In this document: piece after piece, positions 61,543-64,000 of the stretch
How positions within the stretch are numbered: position 1 is the first letter of the stretch
Layout: each line of letters begins with the position of its first letter
Assembly (NCBI GenBank): GCA_964406055.1
Contig: CAYOQF010000011.1
Coordinates: forward strand, 7,416-71,415
Direction of reading: 5' to 3'
Source of the DNA: an uncultured Syntrophorhabdaceae bacterium
GTDB lineage: Bacteria; Desulfobacterota; Syntrophorhabdia; Syntrophorhabdales; Syntrophorhabdaceae
DNA length: 64,000 nt
Position numbers and translations under genes: made by a program
Notes under the pieces: generated by a model
The model's input: only the letters and a program-made list of their open reading frames with translations
What the model was told of the DNA's origin: nothing
Database searches by the model: none

Positions 61543-64000
61543 TTAGCGTTTCTTGCTCAGGTGCTTGTTCAGCTTCTTCATCCAGGTCTCCGCATCGTCC
61601 TTGGAGAGGTCGACATCGAAGTCCTCGTCGGTGATGGTGTCGAGGAGCCACTGATCCCAGATGTTGTACTCGTAGGTCTCGGGCATGAGATCCCTGCCCG
61701 TTGCCCTGAAGACCGTGTCAAGTTCCTGGCCGCCGATCATCCGGTTGTTGAAGATCACAAGCCCCGGAGGCGCGTTGAGCACCAGGAGCGTGTCACTCGG
61801 GAGTACCACGCCGTTGATGTTCACCGACACGAGGTCGCGCTCCCGGGTGGCGGCCACGCCGAGGTCTCCGTTCTGGATATTGACCTCGATGGGATCGGTG
61901 AGCCTGCCTACCACACCGTTGCTGGCCCAGAACTGGGAGTAGCCCCTGGCGAAGACGTTCAGTGCCGGCCCGTTGTTGTCGAGGATTGAGCCGTCAAAGG
62001 TCTCGAGGTAGACCCCTCCGCCGTTTGCAGTCACCGTGTTGAGGAGCATGTCGCCAGGTGCCGCCCGTCCGTTGCGCACGTGGATGTTGCCCGCACCGGC
62101 CACGAGGTTGTTCAGGAGCACCCCGTCAGCCTCCTCGATGAAGATGCCGCCCGTCGTGGTGTTCGCATTGATGGTGGCCACGTTGGTGGTGATCGGTCCG
62201 ACCACTGTGCCGATGCCGTTGAAGGCGTTCAGGTTCGTGGTCACCGCCGTGATATCGGTAGCCGGGTAGATGGTGTTCGTAATGGCGCCGGCCGCTGCGT
62301 TGGCGTTCACCGTCTGGCCGGTCACATTGGCGCCGAAGACAATGTTGCCTGCCGCCGCCGTCATGTTAACCGTGCCCGCCCCTGTCCCGCCGGTGGTCAC
62401 CGGCTGGTCTATGGTCAGGGTATTGCCTGTGTTGATCGTGATGTTGCCCGTATTGGTGGTGATGCCATTCGTGCCGAGGACCGTGCCGATGGTGAGGTCA
62501 TCCACATCCGTGAAGGCGAAGGCCGCGCCTGCGTTGAGGGCCGATCCGGCGAGGGTATTCACGTCGTTCCCCGCCGAGTTCATGGTCACGCCCGCAGGAC
62601 CGGTCGCCCTCAGGAAGTCGGCGATCACGTTCCCTGCTGCCTGGTTGATGGCGTTCGCCGCGTTGAGGTCCACGATCCGACCGGTTACGCCTGCGTTCAG
62701 GGCGATGTTGCTGCCCGCCCCGGTGGCGGTGAGGGTTACGTCACCGTTCACGATACCGCCGGTGGTCACCGGCTGGTTCACCGTCAGGGTGCCGCTCGTC
62801 GTCACCGCGATGTTGTCCCCTGTCGTCGTCACACCGTTCGTCCCGAGGACCGTGCCGATCGTGAGGCCGCCCACGTCGTTGAACCGGAAGTCGCCGCCTG
62901 TGGCCGCCGCAAGGTTCGTCACCGTGTTGGCCGCCACGTCGAGGGTCGAGTCGCCTACCGACTGGACCCTCAGGTTGGTGGCATTCAGGATGCCCGCCGC
63001 CGTCTGGGTGATGCCGGCACCCGAGTTGAGATCGATGGTCTGTCCCGTGACGCCCGCTGCGATGGACATATTGCTCGCGGCGCCCGTGGTGGTGAGGGTG
63101 ACGGTCCCCGCACCCGTTCCGCCCGTCGTCACGGGCTGGTTCACATTCATGTTCCCCGCCGATGTGACGGTGATGTTACCGCCCGCCGTGGTGATGCCGT
63201 TCGTCCCTCCGGCCGTTCCGATCGTCAGGTCACTGATGTCGTTGAAGGTGAAGGTGCCTGCCCCGCCCGCCGATCCTGCAAGGGTATTCACGTCGTTGTT
63301 CGCGCCGAGGGTGACGCTCCCTGCCGTTGCCCGTGCCCTGAAGATATCGGAGGTGATCGTACCTGCCGCTGCCTGGGTGATGTTGCCCGCATTCGCCAGG
63401 AGATCGACCACAGCGCCGGCTGCCTTGCCGTTTGTTACCACCTGGTTCAGGGTCATGTTGCCCGTGGTGGTGATGGTGATGTTCCCGCCGTTTGTCGTTA
63501 CGCCGTTCGTCCCGAGTACGGTGCCGATGATCAGGTCATCCGCGTCGGTGAAGCTGAAGGCTGCCCCGGCGTTCAGGATCTGGGCCGCCAGGGTGTTCAC
63601 GTCGTTCGCATTGTTCAGTGTCGCGCCCGCGGCGGCGATGACCCGGAGCTGGTCGCTCGTGATGGTGCCGCCCGTCTGGTTGATGCTACCCATACTCCCG
63701 AGGTCCACGATGGTGCCTGCGGCGCCGCCCGTGGTCACCGACTGGGCCAGGATCAGGTTACCGCCCGCCTCCACGGTGATGTTGCCCGCGTTGGTGGTGA
63801 TACCGTTCGTGCCGAGCACGGTGCCAACGGTCACGTCATCGATGTCGCTGAAGGTGAAGGCGCCGCCCGCTCCGGTCACCACGCCTGCGATGGTGTTCAC
63901 GTCGTTCACCGCGTCGTTGAGGTCCACACCGGTCGTCGCCTGGGCCCTCAACTGGTCGGTCGTAATGGCCCCCGCTGCCGCCTGGGTGATGTTCCCGGCA
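61543..64000 (-). CDS. giant repetitive beta-helix/adhesin-like surface protein, C-terminal part (N-terminus beyond the right edge)
   Basis: At least five 100-124-aa repeats of ..NDVNTLAG..F.FTD.DDLTIGTVLGTNGITTN.GNITI..L.V.QPVTTGG... They are followed by a unique ~240-aa C-terminal region. The frame stays open to the window edge. Confidence 0.75.
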   Translation of the reverse strand, partial: AGNITQAAAGAITTDQLRAQATTGVDLNDAVNDVNTIAGVVTGAGGAFTFSDIDDVTVGTVLGTNGITTNAGNITVEAGGNLILAQSVTTGGAAGTIVDLGSMGSINQTGGTITSDQLRVIAAAGATLNNANDVNTLAAQILNAGAAFSFTDADDLIIGTVLGTNGVTTNGGNITITTTGNMTLNQVVTNGKAAGAVVDLLANAGNITQAAAGTITSDIFRARATAGSVTLGANNDVNTLAGSAGGAGTFTFNDISDLTIGTAGGTNGITTAGGNITVTSAGNMNVNQPVTTGGTGAGTVTLTTTGAASNMSIAAGVTGQTIDLNSGAGITQTAAGILNATNLRVQSVGDSTLDVAANTVTNLAAATGGDFRFNDVGGLTIGTVLGTNGVTTTGDNIAVTTSGTLTVNQPVTTGGIVNGDVTLTATGAGSNIALNAGVTGRIVDLNAANAINQAAGNVIADFLRATGPAGVTMNSAGNDVNTLAGSALNAGAAFAFTDVDDLTIGTVLGTNGITTNTGNITINTGNTLTIDQPVTTGGTGAGTVNMTAAAGNIVFGANVTGQTVNANAAAGAITNTIYPATDITAVTTNLNAFNGIGTVVGPITTNVATINANTTTGGIFIEEADGVLLNNLVAGAGNIHVRNGRAAPGDMLLNTVTANGGGVYLETFDGSILDNNGPALNVFARGYSQFWASNGVVGRLTDPIEVNIQNGDLGVAATRERDLVSVNINGVVLPSDTLLVLNAPPGLVIFNNRMIGGQELDTVFRATGRDLMPETYEYNIWDQWLLDTITDEDFDVDLSKDDAETWMKKLNKHLSKKR
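62270..64000 (-). repeat. 300-370-nt coding repeats of the giant protein
   Basis: The GTVLGTNG anchor recurs at residues 43, 143, 245, 365 and 489, counted from the track start at 63951. Confidence 0.75.

Noticed and set aside
62270-64000. Periodic repeats that might have been a CRISPR or satellite array
   Set aside because: The repeat units are 300-370 nt, degenerate, and in one continuous open reading frame, so they are protein-coding repeats. No short repeat-spacer structure exists anywhere in the window.

Overview
GC-rich bacterial chromosomal segment with about 70 protein genes and one tRNA. I saw no rRNA, CRISPR array or transposase. All calls come from reading motifs, gene order and signals by eye; no homology search was run.

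Gene content, left to right:
- 1-2.6 kb: the integrase-proximal end of an integrative element, with a DnaB-like helicase fragment, a stand-alone CHC2 zinc-finger protein, a small Cys-rich ORF and a tyrosine integrase. It is inserted next to the 3' end of tRNA-Ser(CGA).
- tadA, an unknown 198-aa protein, a LarE-type PP-loop sulfur transferase, ogt, and an MBL-fold hydrolase.
- A V4R protein plus an input-less histidine kinase, an IMPase-family gene, and a GalT-like gene.
- An NrdR-box-controlled class III ribonucleotide reductase operon (nrdD-redoxin-nrdG).
- rpoD, uspA-like, an Rrf2 regulator, and radA.
- A benzoyl-CoA lower-pathway cluster (SDR-had-oah/bamA-dch), followed by M24 peptidase-like and TIM-barrel genes.
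- A gamma-CA-like gene, an Fe(3+)-type ABC transporter, and a GNAT.
- An orphan BzdP/BzdQ (BcrD/BcrA)-type ATPase pair.
- ruvX-mltG-thiolase/DUF35.
- Radical SAM, TPM, TPM and LemA genes on one strand.
- A YihY-cNMP-binding fusion, a CMD-family protein, two unknown small proteins downstream of recD2, then rel and rpmB.
- A complete type II secretion system in two convergent operons (gspC-PDZ-DEFGHI and STN-JKLMN).
- plsY, adenine deaminase, an MFS transporter and an LTXXQ periplasmic protein.
- The C-terminal 800+ aa of a giant repeat protein that runs off the right edge.

Observations most worth follow-up:
- The stand-alone heterodimeric BzdPQ-like ATPase module has no catalytic partner nearby.
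- The V4R protein and sensor-less kinase look like a split sensor.
- Consensus promoters repeatedly sit directly against start codons, implying leaderless mRNAs.
- The tadA reading frame ends inside the tRNA-Ser gene, which is also the integration site.
- The T2SS locus has accessory features: a duplicated PDZ protein, an STN-domain protein, a Pro/Thr-rich secretin extension, and a CAAGG/GGA-rich intergenic repeat.
- The radical SAM protein has an atypical CX4CX2C motif.
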